Shown piece after piece: positions 10,500 to 24,566 of a stretch of DNA of 57,608 nt. Location: the NCBI RefSeq assembly GCF_001194135.2, contig NC_068992.1, positions 31,123,847-31,181,454 on the forward strand, in the 5' to 3' direction. Position numbers and translations under genes: made by a program. This DNA comes from Octopus bimaculoides (Eukaryota). Positions within the stretch are counted from its first letter, which is position 1. The number at the start of each line of letters is the position of its first letter. A model generated the notes under the pieces. That model had not been told where the DNA came from. It saw only the letters and a program-made list of their open reading frames with translations, and did no database searches.

Positions 10500-11900
10500 G
10501 TACGTATTTTTTAATCTTTTAGGACCACCAAAACCCACTAGCATCTAACCACCCTAGTAAATTAATTCAACATAACCCTTATGTGCATACATATACACAC
10601 AATAAACTAACTGACCCCATAACAATACAAGACTTCATAAATACAACTGTAGTGCCATTACTAACACCAGCACCTTAAATTTATTACAACACCAAAATAT
10701 ACCACCTGCCATAATAGAGAATACCACGGAGGATATCATCGGACACATTAAGTATCATACCCTACAACCCAACACCACCACCTTCAAGTCTTTAACAAAT
10801 GATGACCTTAGCACCAACTATAATAACGAACCAAACACCGATTCCTCACTAAATAACAATGCATTCATAAGCTCATCCGCAACAACCTTACTAACCTATG
10901 CAGTTTCAGAGGCCACACCTCCTGTCCTTAAGATAACCGCTGTCTCACTAAAAACTTAGTTTAGATATGCATAGTTAATTGATACAATTAACAAGTGAAA
11001 CTACATTTACATCGGCTCATGTAGCACCACCTTCAAAGCTACAGTAAGCAAATCACTACTCTCGCTTCAACACCCACACAAAATCTAACAGTACACTGTT
11101 ATCTCAACTTATCAATTAAATAACGCCTGACGCAACTCCCTACAGTCTCAAATGGTCCTTAATCACCCACGCCAAACCTTACAACGGATATAATAATGAC
11201 TTTGATCTCTGCATAGGCGAGGTCACGCCTATTTTGCTATCCACGGACTATTTCAATGAACGCAGCAGTATAACATTCACCTGCAAATATCGGCTCCTAA
11301 ATCTATTCTCGAAATACAAATGATTATAATCCCAACCACTCTTGTCTCCCCGTAACTCTCATATATTTTTCCCACTCATCAACCCTCACATACACTACGT
11401 ATTAAACCAACAATAAATGTTATTTCTCCTTTTAATTCCTTAATCGTCAGTTACAATTTTCTATCCGTATTTTTACTTAATATCTAAACTATTCTTTTTT
11501 CTTTATATTTCAACTCCCCTTTGTACTCCCTCCACCCACAAAAGTACAAATACATAAGCTTATATACACCTTCACCACTTCATTCGTTTCCTTTGTTTTC
11601 TTGTACCAATCTACGCCAATTGACCATAAAAGCACTAGTCTTGCTTAAACACCTCACCCTATCCTGCTTTATTTATACATACTTTCTTTTACTCCCAAAA
11701 CCAAAAATATTTCCCCCTCCTCCCACTACAGTTTCTTTTCTCTTCAAATGCCAATCACATTATTGAATTCTGTGATTAAGCTAAAACAACAACCGACCAA
11801 TCCAATACCTCCTTTCTCTCACTCACCTATATTTTATTTCAATTAATTTTTTGTCACTTCTTTCTTCCCTTCTATTACTTGTATCTCCCCTCATTTATAT
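10500..11900 (+). mobile_element. 5'-truncated PLE-type element: T/N-rich region + decayed GIY-YIG (~10897-11255) + pyrimidine-rich 3' UTR, no RT seen
   Basis: CSFRGHTSCP*DNRCLTKNLV, YIYIGSCSTTFKA, SNSTLLSQLI, YSLKWSLITHAKPYNG..DLCIGE across frameshifts. Confidence 0.7.
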
Positions 11901-12121
11901 ACCCCACGAATACTGTGCCCTCCAAACTTTCTGACTGGACAACTGTATCAAATTCCACCTCCTTGTGACAATGCAGCCTCTAATGTGATCCAGATAATTT
12001 TGAAGAGTAACCGGCGATATAGAGCGCACTTGGATTTTAACACTTCTGCGGTTCCACTCGCTACGAAACGTATGTAGCCCGGATTTTCCAAACTCCATTT
12101 CGTAACTCTCAAACATGTGTG

Positions 12122-12156
<35 letters not shown>

Positions 12157-12560
12157 NNNNNNNNNNNNNNNNNNNNNNNNNNNNNNNNNNNNNNNNNNNN
12201 NNNNNNNNNNNNNNNNNNNNNNNNNNNNNNNNNNNNNNNNNNNNNNNNNNNNNNNNNNNNNNNNNNNNNNNNNNNNNNNNNNNNNNNNNNNNNNNNNNNN
12301 NNNNNNNNNNNNNNNNNNNNNNNNNNNNNNNNNNNNNNNNNNNNNNNNNNNNNNNNNNNNNNNNNNNNNNNNNNNNNNNNNNNNNNNNNNNNNNNNNNNN
12401 NNNNNNNNNNNNNNNNNNNNNNNNNNNNNNNNNNNNNNNNNNNNNNNNNNNNNNNNNNNNNNNNNNNNNNNNNNNNNNNNNNNNNNNNNNNNNNNNNNNN
12501 NNNNNNNNATATATATATATATATATATACACATATATATATGTGTGTGCGCGCGCGCGT

Positions 12561-12883
12561 GAAGGCACGTGGTTTAGTGGTTAGAACATTCGGCTCACGA
12601 TTGTAAGATCATGAGTTCGATTCCCGGTGATTCGTTGTATCCTTGAGCAAGACGCTTTATTTCACGTTGCTCCAGTCCACGCAGCTGGCAAAAACGAGTA
12701 ATACCTGTGTTTCAAAGGGCCGGCCTTGTTACGCTGTGTGTCACGCTGAGTCTCTCTGAGAACTACGTTGTGGGTCCAAGTGTCTGTGGATTCTTCAGTC
12801 ACTTGCACGTTAATTTCATAAGCAGGCTGTTCCGTTGATCGCAACAACTGGGACCCTCATCGTCGTAACCAACGGAGTGCTCA
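12561..12883 (+). mobile_element. tRNA-derived SINE
   Basis: A box TGGTTTAGTGG (12570-12580), B box GAGTTCGATTCCC (12613-12625), followed by a tccttgagcaagac..ttt central segment typical of animal SINE cores. Sits between microsatellites. Confidence 0.8.
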
Positions 12884-13741
12884 TCTATATGTCTATCTGT
12901 TTGTATATATATGTATATATATGTATGTGTATGTGTGTGTGTATATATATATATATATGCGTGTGTGTGCGTGTGTGTGTGTGTGTGTGTGTATGTGTGT
13001 GTGTGAGTTTGTGTATACATGTATATATATAAAATCAAAATATAAGTGACAGAATTGTGCGGATAATACCGGACTGACTTGTGGTTTCAGCTTAATTACC
13101 TAATTCAACTGAATCTTAATTACCTCTTATATACACGTACACACTCACACATATCTGTATGTATGTATATAAATATGTATGTATGCATGAATGTATGTAT
13201 GTATATATGTATGCATGCACGCATGTACGTGTGTATGTAGGTATGTAACTATGCATGCATGCATGCTGCTGTGGATTAAACAAGGCAGGTCTTCCTCCTC
13301 AAAATTTCAACCATTTCCTATCTATATGGCTAGTCTGTCTTTTTTGAGAGGAAGGTTTCTGATGGTGATTGAAGCAGCCTGACCTTCTTTATATATGCAT
13401 ACACGTGTCCATGTTTTGAGGATATACGTGATTGTGAAGAAGCTTGGAAACGCCAGTTTGCTTGCTGCAACAGGAAAACTACATTACGTTACTGCCGATG
13501 TTTTTGGGTGCATCTGTATTCATTAGGCATACACAATATAGGGTATGTGTTCTACACATGAACGCCAGATGCATAACATTTAAAACGTTTTAGACATTTT
13601 CACTGTTCCACTAAATAATACTATTTGGAAAATATAAAACCGTGTGCACAGTTTTCTTTTTTTCATGATGACAGGGCGTCCAACGACAGTAGGCACAAAT
13701 TAAAATCTATAGCTTAGATATAAGAGGTGCGCGTAAATTGT

Positions 13742-13742
13742 C

Positions 13743-13784
<42 letters not shown>

Positions 13785-13793
13785 TTATCTATC
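13742..13793. repeat. (ATCT)n microsatellite
   Basis: Direct read. Confidence 0.9.
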
Positions 13794-16700
13794 TTACATT
13801 TTATCCATCTTTCAGTGAATCTATCTACCTACACATATATACGACACTCATATATGTGTGTATGCTTATGTATATGTATATATGTACACATACGCATTTA
13901 TAATATAAATATATATTTCTTTTTGCATATGTATACATTTGTATATATATATATATATATAGTTATATATGTGTATATATAAATATGTGCGTATGCAGTT
14001 ATACAGATGTGTGCACATATATCTATACGTGAGCAGAGAGAAAACGAAAGTGAAAAAGAGAGAGCGTGAGTAGAATGAAAGCAGATTAAGCATACTAATT
14101 AGGCAAACATTAGGAAATAATTTCCACAAAATTGGATTAATATGTTTTCCTATTGAATATGTAAATTTGTAAAATTTCACGCAAATTTTGTCGGAAAGAA
14201 AATTAATAAAATTTGAATATATACCATGTGTGAAATAAATGACTAGGAAAACAGAATCAAAAGTGAACAAAATGTGGTACATATTCTTATTCGTGCGGTA
14301 AAAATTGGGTTATGGAAACTAAAATGTACCGCATAATAATCGTATATTTATTCACATACTTGGTAATGTTAGTATGAATCTAGAGTAAATACATTCTGAT
14401 AAGAATTACTACACATATACCTGTGTGAGCGTTCATACATACACATACATGCATCTGTGCATGTATTTACATCGAGTAAATTATCTTACGCAAAAACACA
14501 CTATGAAACACACACACACACATACACACAAACACACAAACACACATTTACGTATATATATACATACATATATATACATAAATACATATATATNNNNNNN
14601 NNNNNNNNNNNNNNNNNNNNNNNNNNNNNNNNNNNNNNNNNNNNNNNNNNNNNNNNNNNNNNNNNNNNNNNNNNNNNNNNNNNNNNNNNNNNNNNNNNNN
14701 NNNNNNNNNNNNNNNNNNNNNNNCATGTATGTATGTGTGTGTGCGCACGTGTGTGTATATATGAATTTATACATGTATTCACGCATATATATGTGTATAT
14801 GCGTTTGCTTGAATGTTACACCTGTGGTAAAAATAAACACTTTTCGTGATCAATGTTTCAGCGATCTGTAACCGCCGGAAATTCATCATGATTCATGCTT
14901 TTTTTTTTCTATAAAATTTCAGAATAAATATTAATGATGTCTATATCGTGAATCGTGAAGAGCCAGCAAATGTCTCGCTAAATTCCCATGTTTTCAGGTT
15001 AGAGATTGACATATTCCTCATTGCCCCTCGCTTAATCTCTTCTGCAATCTTTGCAGTAAGCTATTACACAAAAATCAGCTCGTCAGGTAATGATCCATTT
15101 CTGAAAGTTCGTAATTTGACGACACGCATTTATCAATCCGCCATTAGGCAAATTATATATATAATTATTTATTTAGTAGTATGAAATTGTTCCGCATATG
15201 CGGCCAAATACTAAATATTTAGACCTCCTTCAAAATAAAGGATAATTAAATGATCGTTCAACAAGTTGATTTTTTTTTTTTTGCATTGAAATCTTCAAAG
15301 GAAATAACCGGTCATAGACTCTTTGGTTGCAATAATAACAGGAGCTATAAAAAAGACAACATGGAATACTGGGTCTCTTTATTCTTGTGTTATATAGCTT
15401 AGTTTGATTTTTAATTAGCAAGCACAATATTATCCAGGATAACATGAATGTATACGTGCATGCATTAGAGTGCAAGTAAGTGGTATGGGATGAGGAGAGA
15501 ATAGAAAAAGTAAGAGGGCGAAATAGAGAGTATAAATGAGGCAGAATGTGATAGTGAAAAGAAGGATAGTAGAGAAGTGAAGAGAGGGAAACAGGTGTAG
15601 AAAGGGGTGTAATGTTATAAAGGAATACATAGAAATCGGGTGGAGAAACAAATGGGACTCAGAGTATGTAATATTGGGATAGCATAATGAAACAACGCCT
15701 CTCCTTACTGTTAAATTCATCTCCACCAATTATTAAAAATATATTTCCTGTCATAAGGACACAGAGAGAAAATTGTCGATTTAAATTTCAGGAAGGCCTC
15801 CAAATGATGTGAATTATCTTCTTGATCAACATCAGCTTTGGATGGAGACCAAACTTCGTAGTTTTATATTGCAAACAATCACTCTATCAGTTGTTCTGAT
15901 GCTTGCATTCAAATTTTCACGTTAATTCGTCCCTGCTCTACATATACAACAGGTCAAGTCAAAGGATTTCCTAATTAACATTGATTTTTAAAGAATACAA
16001 TATTGAATCATAGGTGAAGTTGAATATATAACAGGCTTTAAATATTGTAGATTGTGTACCGTATAATTTTATGTCAAGTGTGCTATTTTTCTGACATATA
16101 AAATCTCCTCGGATAACCATACATACATATGTGTATGTTTGTGTGTATATACGTGTATATAGTCATGCATTTATCTCTTTATCAATATATATATNNNNNN
16201 NNNNNNNNNNNNNNNNNNNNNNNNNNNNNNNNNNNNNNNNNNNNNNNNNNNNNNNNNNNNNNNNNNNNNNNNNNNNNNNNNNNNNNNNNNNNNNNNNNNN
16301 NNNNNNNNNNNNNNNTATATACATATTTATAATATTTACCTGAATGGAATCCTAATTGCTTTTCCTACCACCTAATATTAATTGGCGGTAATGAAGCTAC
16401 ATTTATAATATAGCATACATATTTTAGGCGCTCTATACTACTTTATATTGAATTTGTTCACTTTCTGACTTACCTGATCGCTCCGTCAATTCTGCCCAAA
16501 CGTCCAATCATGAATGTGTACATCACGCCAGCGAATTGTTTCGCACGTGCATAGTCGCGCACAACAAACTCGCGAACACACATGTATATATGGAACCTTT
16601 TATTCATATACCGCATGTTTGAAAGATACATTCTTTTGCTTTAATGTAAAATAATTTCAGATTATGGATAGATATGGTCTATGATAGTTGGTGCACAGCC

Positions 16701-17113
16701 GAATATAACTAATATAACAAAACTACTTTTCGTCATCAATAATTATTCCATAAGAGAATTCACGGACAATTTAACTGTTTTGTTTTGCCGTTCAGAATGC
16801 AAGATCTAACCTTTCGAGGATTGCCTCTCGTGGTTAAAGCAAAGTAAAGAATCAAGTTTTTACTTTATATATTTTGGTTGCTTTGAAGAGGAAAATCTGT
16901 GGACCTGATTCTATTCAGTCTACACCATGAATGGTTTCAGTAGGAGAGATTATTTTGAGCAAAAGTTGAGGTCACAACCCCACTGTATCTTAATAGGTTA
17001 GATTCTATTTCAGCAACTCAAACACCAGCGTCAATTTTAAAGTGAATAACTGATTTACTACGACTTATACACGGAAAACCTTATTTATCATTGTCCCAAA
17101 GAAATCTACCTAC

Positions 17114-17369
17114 CATATATCACTCAAAATACTTTGATGAAAATTTGTCATATGAAACTCGAATAATATGGAACAGATTATTATAGAATTCCATTGTTCA
17201 GAAAAGAGAGTGCGAATTAACCTGATAGTTATATCTACTTGCTCTAAATGATCAGTCTTCAATTCACATTTATTAGCAATTAAAGAGATTTCGATATGGT
17301 CTGAAATCATTAGATATAATTCCCCATCACATTTTCTAATGCTCTCATAAGACAACGTTATAATGAATA
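17114..17369 (-). CDS. Candidate internal exon of an unidentified host gene
   Basis: ttaag| acceptor and |gtaggt donor. 256 nt with only one open frame (FIITLSYESIRKCDGELYLMISDHIEISLIANKCELKTDHLEQVDITIRLIRTLFSEQWNSIIICSILFEFHMTNFHQSILSDI). No family recognised. Confidence 0.4.
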
Positions 17370-18667
17370 CTTAAATCGATTGGTAGAGATAAATATGCAT
17401 AAGTAATAATTTATTCCAATGCAAAAATAAGCGTTGCCATATTCCTCGAGAGAAAAAGATCCATTATTTTTCTTATAATTATAGACGGATATGGAAAAAC
17501 CATGCACATTTGCATGGTTCACGTAATGCTATCATTTCTTATTCAGAAGTAGTTGTTCTTGGCAATGTTTCTAAATTTCATCATGTATTTTAAAATCACA
17601 ACATATTTCAACTAAGGACTCAACTCGACATGCAGCCTATGCCCAGAGCAGTCGATTTCCATCAGCTTACCCTGTACCTACTATATACTAACCTGTCGCA
17701 CATGCCCTCACTCATTTCTAATCACATGCACACAATAACACATGCACATACAAAAATCTGAAACACTCAACACACGTGCTCAAATGTATATATCATATAG
17801 CAGAAATGGAAAGTGTGAGTGACATGTGCATGTGTGTGCGCGTGTGTGTATATACGTATACAATAATATATATATATATATATATATANNNNNNNNNNNN
17901 NNNNNNNNNNNNNNNNNNNNNNNNNNNNNNNNNNNNNNNNNNNNNNNNNNNNNNNNNNNNNNNNNNNNNNNNNNNNNNNNNNNNNNNNNNNNNNNNNNNN
18001 NNNNNNNNNNNNNNNNNNNNNNNNNNNNNNNNNNNNNNNNNNNNNNNNNNNNNNNNNNNNNNNNNNNNNNNNNNNNNNNNNNNNNNNNNNNNNNNNNNNN
18101 NNNNNNNNNNNNNNNNNNNNNNNNNNNNNNNNNNNNNNNNNNNNNNNNNNNNNNNNNNNNNNNNNNNNNNNNNNNNNNNNNNNNNNNNNNNNNNNNNNNN
18201 NNNNNNNNNNNNNNNNNNNNNNNNNNNNNNNNNNNNNNNNNNNNNNNNNNNNNNNNNNNNNNNNNNNNNNNNNNNNNNNNNNNNNNNNNNNNNNNNNNNN
18301 NNNNNNNNNNNNNNNNNNNNNNNNNNNNNNNNNNNNNNNNNNNNNNNNNNNNNNNNNNNNNNNNNNNNNNNNNNNNNNNNNNNNNNNNNNNNNNNNNNNN
18401 NNNNNNNNNNNNNNNNNNNNNNNNNNNNNNNNNNNNNNNNNNNNNNNNNNNNNNNNNNNNNNNNNNNNNNNNNNNNNNNNNNNNNNNNNNNNNNNNNNNN
18501 NNNNNNNNNNNNNNNNNNNNNNNNNNNNNNNNNNNNNNNNNNNNNNNNNNNNNNNNNNNNNNNNNNNNNNNNNNNNNNNNNNNNNNNNNNNNNNNNNNNN
18601 NNNNNNNNNNNNNNNNNNNNNNNNNNNNNNNNNNNNNNNNNNNNNNNNNNNNNNNNNNNNNNNNNNN

Positions 18668-18785
<118 letters not shown>

Positions 18786-19243
18786 TAGAGCAACTCGTTG
18801 AACTTTCATAAAGAAAGCAAGAAATAAAATAAGACAAATTTATTTCAGAATTGTTGTTGTTCAGACAAATTTAATATTTATTTCAGATTTGTTGCTTTAG
18901 ATAATAGAGAATATTTATATTAAATTCGCAAGAAAATATACAATTCTTTGTCTGCATAAACATTTTCTCACAGCAAGTTGGGTAACTTACATGTAGTAAG
19001 GCGCGGCTTGTGGTCTGTCCCGCTAGGGAAAGAAGACTAACCAAGGAAAGAATAGAAGTGGGTGACGGTGAGAGAAGCTGAAAAGCAGGTGAACAACATT
19101 CATATGTTTTGCTTTGAAGAGGCTGATATTTTAATGTAAATAAAACTTCAAATTTTTTTTCGTAAATTCTACTTGATTCTCCAGTTTCACACACACTCGC
19201 GCGCACATACGGAGAAAGGCACACACACACACACACACATATA

Positions 19244-20459
19244 TTAGGTTGTTTCACACGAAATATCTCATTTTTAATTACTTGTTACTGCAGTCAATTT
19301 AAAACTGAATTATATACATCTTGCATGTAGTCTTCACTCTTTTTCTTTCCAAACAATATTGGTATACAAAATTCATACCCACAGACCTTATGAAAATGAT
19401 AGCAACAAAACTATGTTGAGTGATTTTCTCGTATGAGTGCAAACTAGGTCATCCTGTTGCAGAAGCTCTACTGAATATCAAGCGCGCATTTGGTAATGGT
19501 TTTCTTGAAATTAGAACTGTTTAGAGATGATTCCAAAGCTCTCGTTCAGAAGATGATAGCCTCGAAAAGGTAGGCCAAAATCAGCTATTCGGCATGATGG
19601 ATTAAAAGCTTTGGTTGAACAAAATATGAGAACAAAGGTTCAAAAATTTCATCAGACCTCCAAATATCTAGTACAATTGTTTTGGACACCTGTAAAAAAT
19701 TGGAAAAGTCAAGAAAATGGATAGGTTTGTTCCACATCTACTGAACGAAATTCAAAAATCAGACGCTTCGAAGTGTGCTACTTATTGCTTTCTCCACTGG
19801 AAAAAGACCATTTCTGCATCAAATCATTACTTGTGATGAGAAATGGATATTCTTTGACAACAGCAAAGAACAGGACAGTGATTAGATGTAGGAGAGTCAC
19901 CTAATCACTACCCAAATTCACCATTGCAACCTAAAATGTTAGATGTCACTGTATGTTAGTCTGCGAAGGGAGCTATTCATTACTTATTTTTGCAACAAAG
20001 CAAACAGTAACAGCAACATCGAATAGCCAATTGATTGTATACATAGGAATTTGAAAAAGAAGCAACCCTGACTAGTGAATGGAGATGGCCCAATTTTGCT
20101 CCACCTCAATGCATATCCTCACACTCCTCAAGTTACTGTCTAAAAGTTTCAAAGCCTGATAATGTGATTTTGCAACATCTTCCCTATTCCCATGATATCT
20201 CTCCTAATGTTCATCTATTTTGAGCTTTTCATAAGCAATAATTTTTAGATGGAGAAGTGCTAATTGAAGCAGTCGGACAATTTATCACAGTAAAAAGACG
20301 AATATTGTTTTAATGATGGAATATATGACAGAAAAACATTGGGTAAACGTCATAAACGAATATGGATCATACTTCGATTAAATAAATCAGTTCTCTATCA
20401 CTTCTGAAACATTTTTATTTTTATCCTTCAAATTCGACATTACATAAGAAACGACCTAA
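19244..20459 (+). mobile_element. Full-length degenerate mariner transposon
   Basis: TA|ttaggttg ... cgacctaa|TA ends, 1216 bp. Transposase remnants IITCDEKWIFFDN, GPILLHLNAYPH (HDNARPH), HLPYSHDISP (HPPYSPDLAP). Confidence 0.88.
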
Positions 20460-20529
20460 TATATGCGTTATTTTTCAATATCTGTTTTTGCTTGCAATAG
20501 CTGGTTCTTTTGGTCAAACTGTCTTATCT

Positions 20530-21235
20530 CCTGCTGCTTCAGTTGCCAACATATCAAAAATTGTCAACAATATGCTACAAGTGGCTAGGCGATTCTGAGA
20601 ACCTCCAGAACAAGGGACCAGGAAATTATGCTGGTCCTATAGAGGATATTTTTCCTCAGCCATGTGGACTATAGCTCTCATCCATGGTAGAATTAATTGC
20701 AGAACCTGAGGTAGTTCAGCGATACTATACGAGAAAGATTTCACCAATGGAACAGCTGAGCTACTGAGAGATACTGCAAACTCTTCGACTCTATTCCCTG
20801 GAGCAAACACGGGAGATACTGGAAGGGCTGGCTCAAAATGTTTGACTTGAGAGTTATACCAGACCTCGAATTGGATGTCAGTGCACTGTTACAAAAGTCC
20901 CAGCTGTCTCATCTAGAGTGAGGACCATGTAGTGCAATAGCTTGGGATTCAAGAGCCCATAGCTATTTAACTCCTTGCCAAAACATCAGAGGAATCTCCT
21001 TGGAGTAGGAGTAGTTGTTTTCAAGGAACAACTTGAAGTATTGCTATCCAAGATCCCAGATGTACCAAAATCAAGGCAAGAAACTCAAAAGAGGGCAGCA
21101 ATATCGAATCCACGCCTTCACCAAAAGGCAACCCCATAGCATTGTTCAGTTAGTAGGTGATTACAGTGGCGGTGCCCCCAACTTGGCTGCAGCCTGAGTG
21201 CTGAAACATAAAAGAATAAAATAATAAAAGAATAT
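20530..21235 (+). mobile_element. CR1/L2-group LINE 3' fragment
   Basis: RTSRTRDQEIML..VDYSSHPW; LRLYSLE; RIGCQC..CNSLGFKSP*LFNSLPK..FKEQLEVLLSKIPDVP; A-rich tail. Confidence 0.75.
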
Positions 21236-21519
21236 ACGACAAAAGGTTTGCCAAGGAGTGTTTGAAATATTCTTTCCTTTTGGACTTTTTCATACATTTG
21301 CATAATAGCAACGATATATATTCTCTTGCCTTTTGTATATATTTATACAGGTTTATATATATAAATATACATTGACCAACCAATATTCATCATTCAAAAT
21401 TCAGCAAAGAAATATAATAGGGTAAAATGTGTATTTTCAAGTCGTTGGCAGACAGTATATTAAGGCTCTCCACTCATTTCAAACTTCAGCAGCTAGAATT
21501 ATTTCATTGACTAAATACC

Positions 21520-22245
21520 CGCAGTCTGCACGAATCATACGGTGATAAGTCCTTTTTGTTCATTTCCTCTCGTGGTTTCCACTTTGAGGGATGTTAAGCA
21601 GCAGGCACAGTTCACGACATTCATTAAGTGTTGCAGTTGGTGATCAAATCCATCACAGCCGGCGTTCCTTTATTCCTGTGTTTATTTTCTTTTCGTCAAC
21701 CATTTTGTAGAATGCATGGTTGGAAAAGTGGTGGTTATAGGATATCTGGTATATTTTCTTCAGGTTTCGCTTTTATTATCCACGCCTCGCATTTATTCAT
21801 AAAGATCGGAAGTCATAGAGTTTTATCCATCGATATCTTGGCTGTTAGGTTGATGCCAGACGACTAGAAGTATTGAAGTTGTGACATTACTCCACATGCC
21901 GCCATATTTTTGTCTATGGTGTTATTGCTTGAATTATGCGATCAGTTACAGTCGTGAGGGAATTATCAACTCTGGATAATTGCTTTCTATTTGCCAGGAC
22001 ACCTCTTGTTTCGTTTGTGTTTATATTAGTGGTGATGTACTCTGCCTTCGGTTCGTATATTTCTAGCCCCACAGACTACTTCTCTCATGACGCGATCGAA
22101 GTAATCGTGTGCTTCTATGATGGTAGAAGCAAAGAGTACAATATCATCTCCAAATGCGAGACAGACCAAGGATTGTGACTCTGATATGCTAATTCCCTCA
22201 TTTGTATGTGTTGCAGCTTCGATCACATTATCTATAACTACCCCT
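21520..22245 (-). mobile_element. RTE-clade LINE fragment (RT C-terminal half)
   Basis: LAFGDDIVLFAS (YADD-equivalent), GLEIYEPKAEY, CEAWIIK, IKERRL*W. Confidence 0.7.
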
Positions 22246-22783
22246 AGAAATGCATATATGTATATGCATATATATATATGTATATATATATATATACATA
22301 TATATANNNNNNNNNNNNNNNNNNNNNNNNNNNNNNNNNNNNNNNNNNNNNNNNNNNNNNNNNNNNNNNNNNNNNNNNNNNNNNNNNNNNNNNNNNNNNN
22401 NNNNNNNNNNNNNNNNNNNNNNNNNNNNNNNNNNNNNNNNNNNNNNNNNNNNNNNNNNNNNNNNNNNNNNNNNNNNNNNNNNNNNNNNNNNNNNNNNNNN
22501 NNNNNNNNNNNNNNNNNNNNNNNNNNNNNNNNNNNNNNNNNNNNNNNNNNNNNNNNNNNNNNNNNNNNNNNNNNNNNNNNNNNNNNNNNNNNNNNNNNNN
22601 NNNNNNNNNNNNNNNNNNNNNNNNNNNNNNNNNNNNNNNNNNNNNNNNNNNNNNNNNNNNNNNNNNNNNNNNNNNNNNNNNNNNNNNNNNNNNNNNNNNN
22701 NNNNNNNNNNNNNNNNNNNNNNNNNNNNNNNNNNNNNNNNNNNNNNNNNNNNNNNNNNNNNNNNNNNNNTATATATATATATA

Positions 22784-23975
22784 CACGAGGGTTGTAGGGT
22801 TGTATGAAATATTTTGAGCCTAACCTAGAAACGTGGCTGCCTAGGTAGTTGAGACAATTTTTCTGGTAAGTTCAGTCTATTCAGAGTATTCTTGCTCATT
22901 TCCATGATTCTGATATTTTAATTTTTCTTGTTGCAAATTTTTGAAAAAGCAATTGTGAAACTTACAATGAAAATGGAGAAAACTGAGTATCGTGCTGTCA
23001 TAAATTACCTTCATTTGAAAGGCATGACTCCATCAGAAATCCATGAAGATATGGTGAGAATCTTAACAGTCAATGCTCCTTCATATTCAATAGACAAACG
23101 CTGCGGAAATGAATTCTAGCGTGGCAGAGAGAATGTGGAAGATTATCCCACACCAAGGAGACCTCGAACTGCAACCACCAAGGACAACATTGACCTTGCT
23201 CTTGGTACGATAATGCAACTGAAAGAGCAGACAACATTGTAACAAAAGAACTTGGGTTCTCAAAGGTTTCTGCAAGGTTGGTCCCTCGCCTTTTGACTCC
23301 TAAACAAAAATGAACCAGGTGCACTTTGTCCACTAGCAATCTGGAACTTTTTGAAGCTGATGAAGAGAATTGTCTTGCTCGTTTTATTACTATGGACGAA
23401 AGTTGGGTTCATCACTACCAGCCTGAAAACAAAGAACAATCAAAGCGGTGGAAGCACACATCGTCTCCTACCCCAAAGTAGGCCAGAGTCATTCCTTCAG
23501 CTGGCAAGGTCATGGCGTCAGTCTTTTTGGGATTATCAAGGTGTCTTGCTGATCGATTACCTTGAAAAGTGACACACCTTGACAGGGTTGTATTATTCTC
23601 AGCTACTGAAATGCCTCCGAGGAGCAATCAAAGAAAAAAGGCCTGGAATGTTCACCAGAGGAGTACTTTTTCATCACGACAATGCTCCAGCCCACACCTC
23701 AATGGTTGCCATGGCAACAATTCGTGATTGTGGATACGAACTTGTTCCCCATCCACCTTATTCACTAGACTTAGCCTCCTCTGACTTTCGTCTATTGCCA
23801 AAAATGAAAAAGCCCTGGCTGGTCACCATTTTGCCAGTGACAATGACGTCATAGATGTTGTAGGAAGTTTCTTGGAATCTCAAACAAAAGAGCCAGGATA
23901 ATGGCGCTTCAGCATTAAAAGTGGAGATAGTGTTAAGCCATCGAGGGGGCTTACGTTGAAAAATAAATCATGAGA
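22784..23975 (+). mobile_element. Degenerate mariner (irritans/Hsmar2-like), right TIR not evident
   Basis: Left end ta|cacgagggtt. MEKTEYRAVINYLHLKGMTPSEIHEDM, ITMDESWVHHYQPE, FHHDNAPAHTS, HPPYSLDLASSDF. Confidence 0.88.
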
Positions 23976-24480
23976 AATCTTGTACTATGTTTTGTATTTT
24001 TGTGTGTATACACACACACACATACATATACATGCGTATTTATATATATATACGTGTGTGTGTGTGTGTGTGTGTGTTTGTGTGTGTGTGGGTGTGCGTG
24101 TGTGTGAGTGCGTGCGTGTGTGTGTATGTGTGTGTGTGTGTATTTATTTGGGGGTATATCTCTGCATCGGGTACATTTGTATATGCGTGTGCATATGCTT
24201 ACATGCATGATGTGGGCAATATTTTCAACCGAGACGTTCTATTTATATCTGATACTTCTGTACATACATTTAATACATTGCTGACATTTATTAATGGTCT
24301 ATCCCGTTGTGTTGGTGTGCCATTTTCTACCATTAACAAATTTCACGGTGCCTTTAGACCATACGGGTATACTAATTAGTTAATATTTCCTTAGTGAAGG
24401 TGAACCGCCAGAACCTTTAGCGAATTCGATATTTACTTAACAGCGTTTTTTTTTTACCCTTAGACCTCATGAGATCTAAT

Positions 24481-24566
24481 GCCACCAAGGTTGTCTTTGA
24501 CATTCATTATTCATACTCGATAAAATAGGTACCAGTTAAATACTGGGCCGATGTAATCAACTTTAC
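24481..24566 (+). mobile_element. Partial SINE of the same family as 31512-31724
   Basis: tcgataaaataggtaccagttaaatactgggccgatgtaatcaact core. Confidence 0.6.

Noticed and set aside
11895-12116. 73-aa minus ORF as a terminal exon
   Set aside because: No recognisable homology, and its upstream boundary is lost in a microsatellite and gap.
10085-12630. tRNA genes at 10085-10170 and 12561-12630
   Set aside because: A/B boxes are present, but there is no complete cloverleaf and they continue into SINE bodies.
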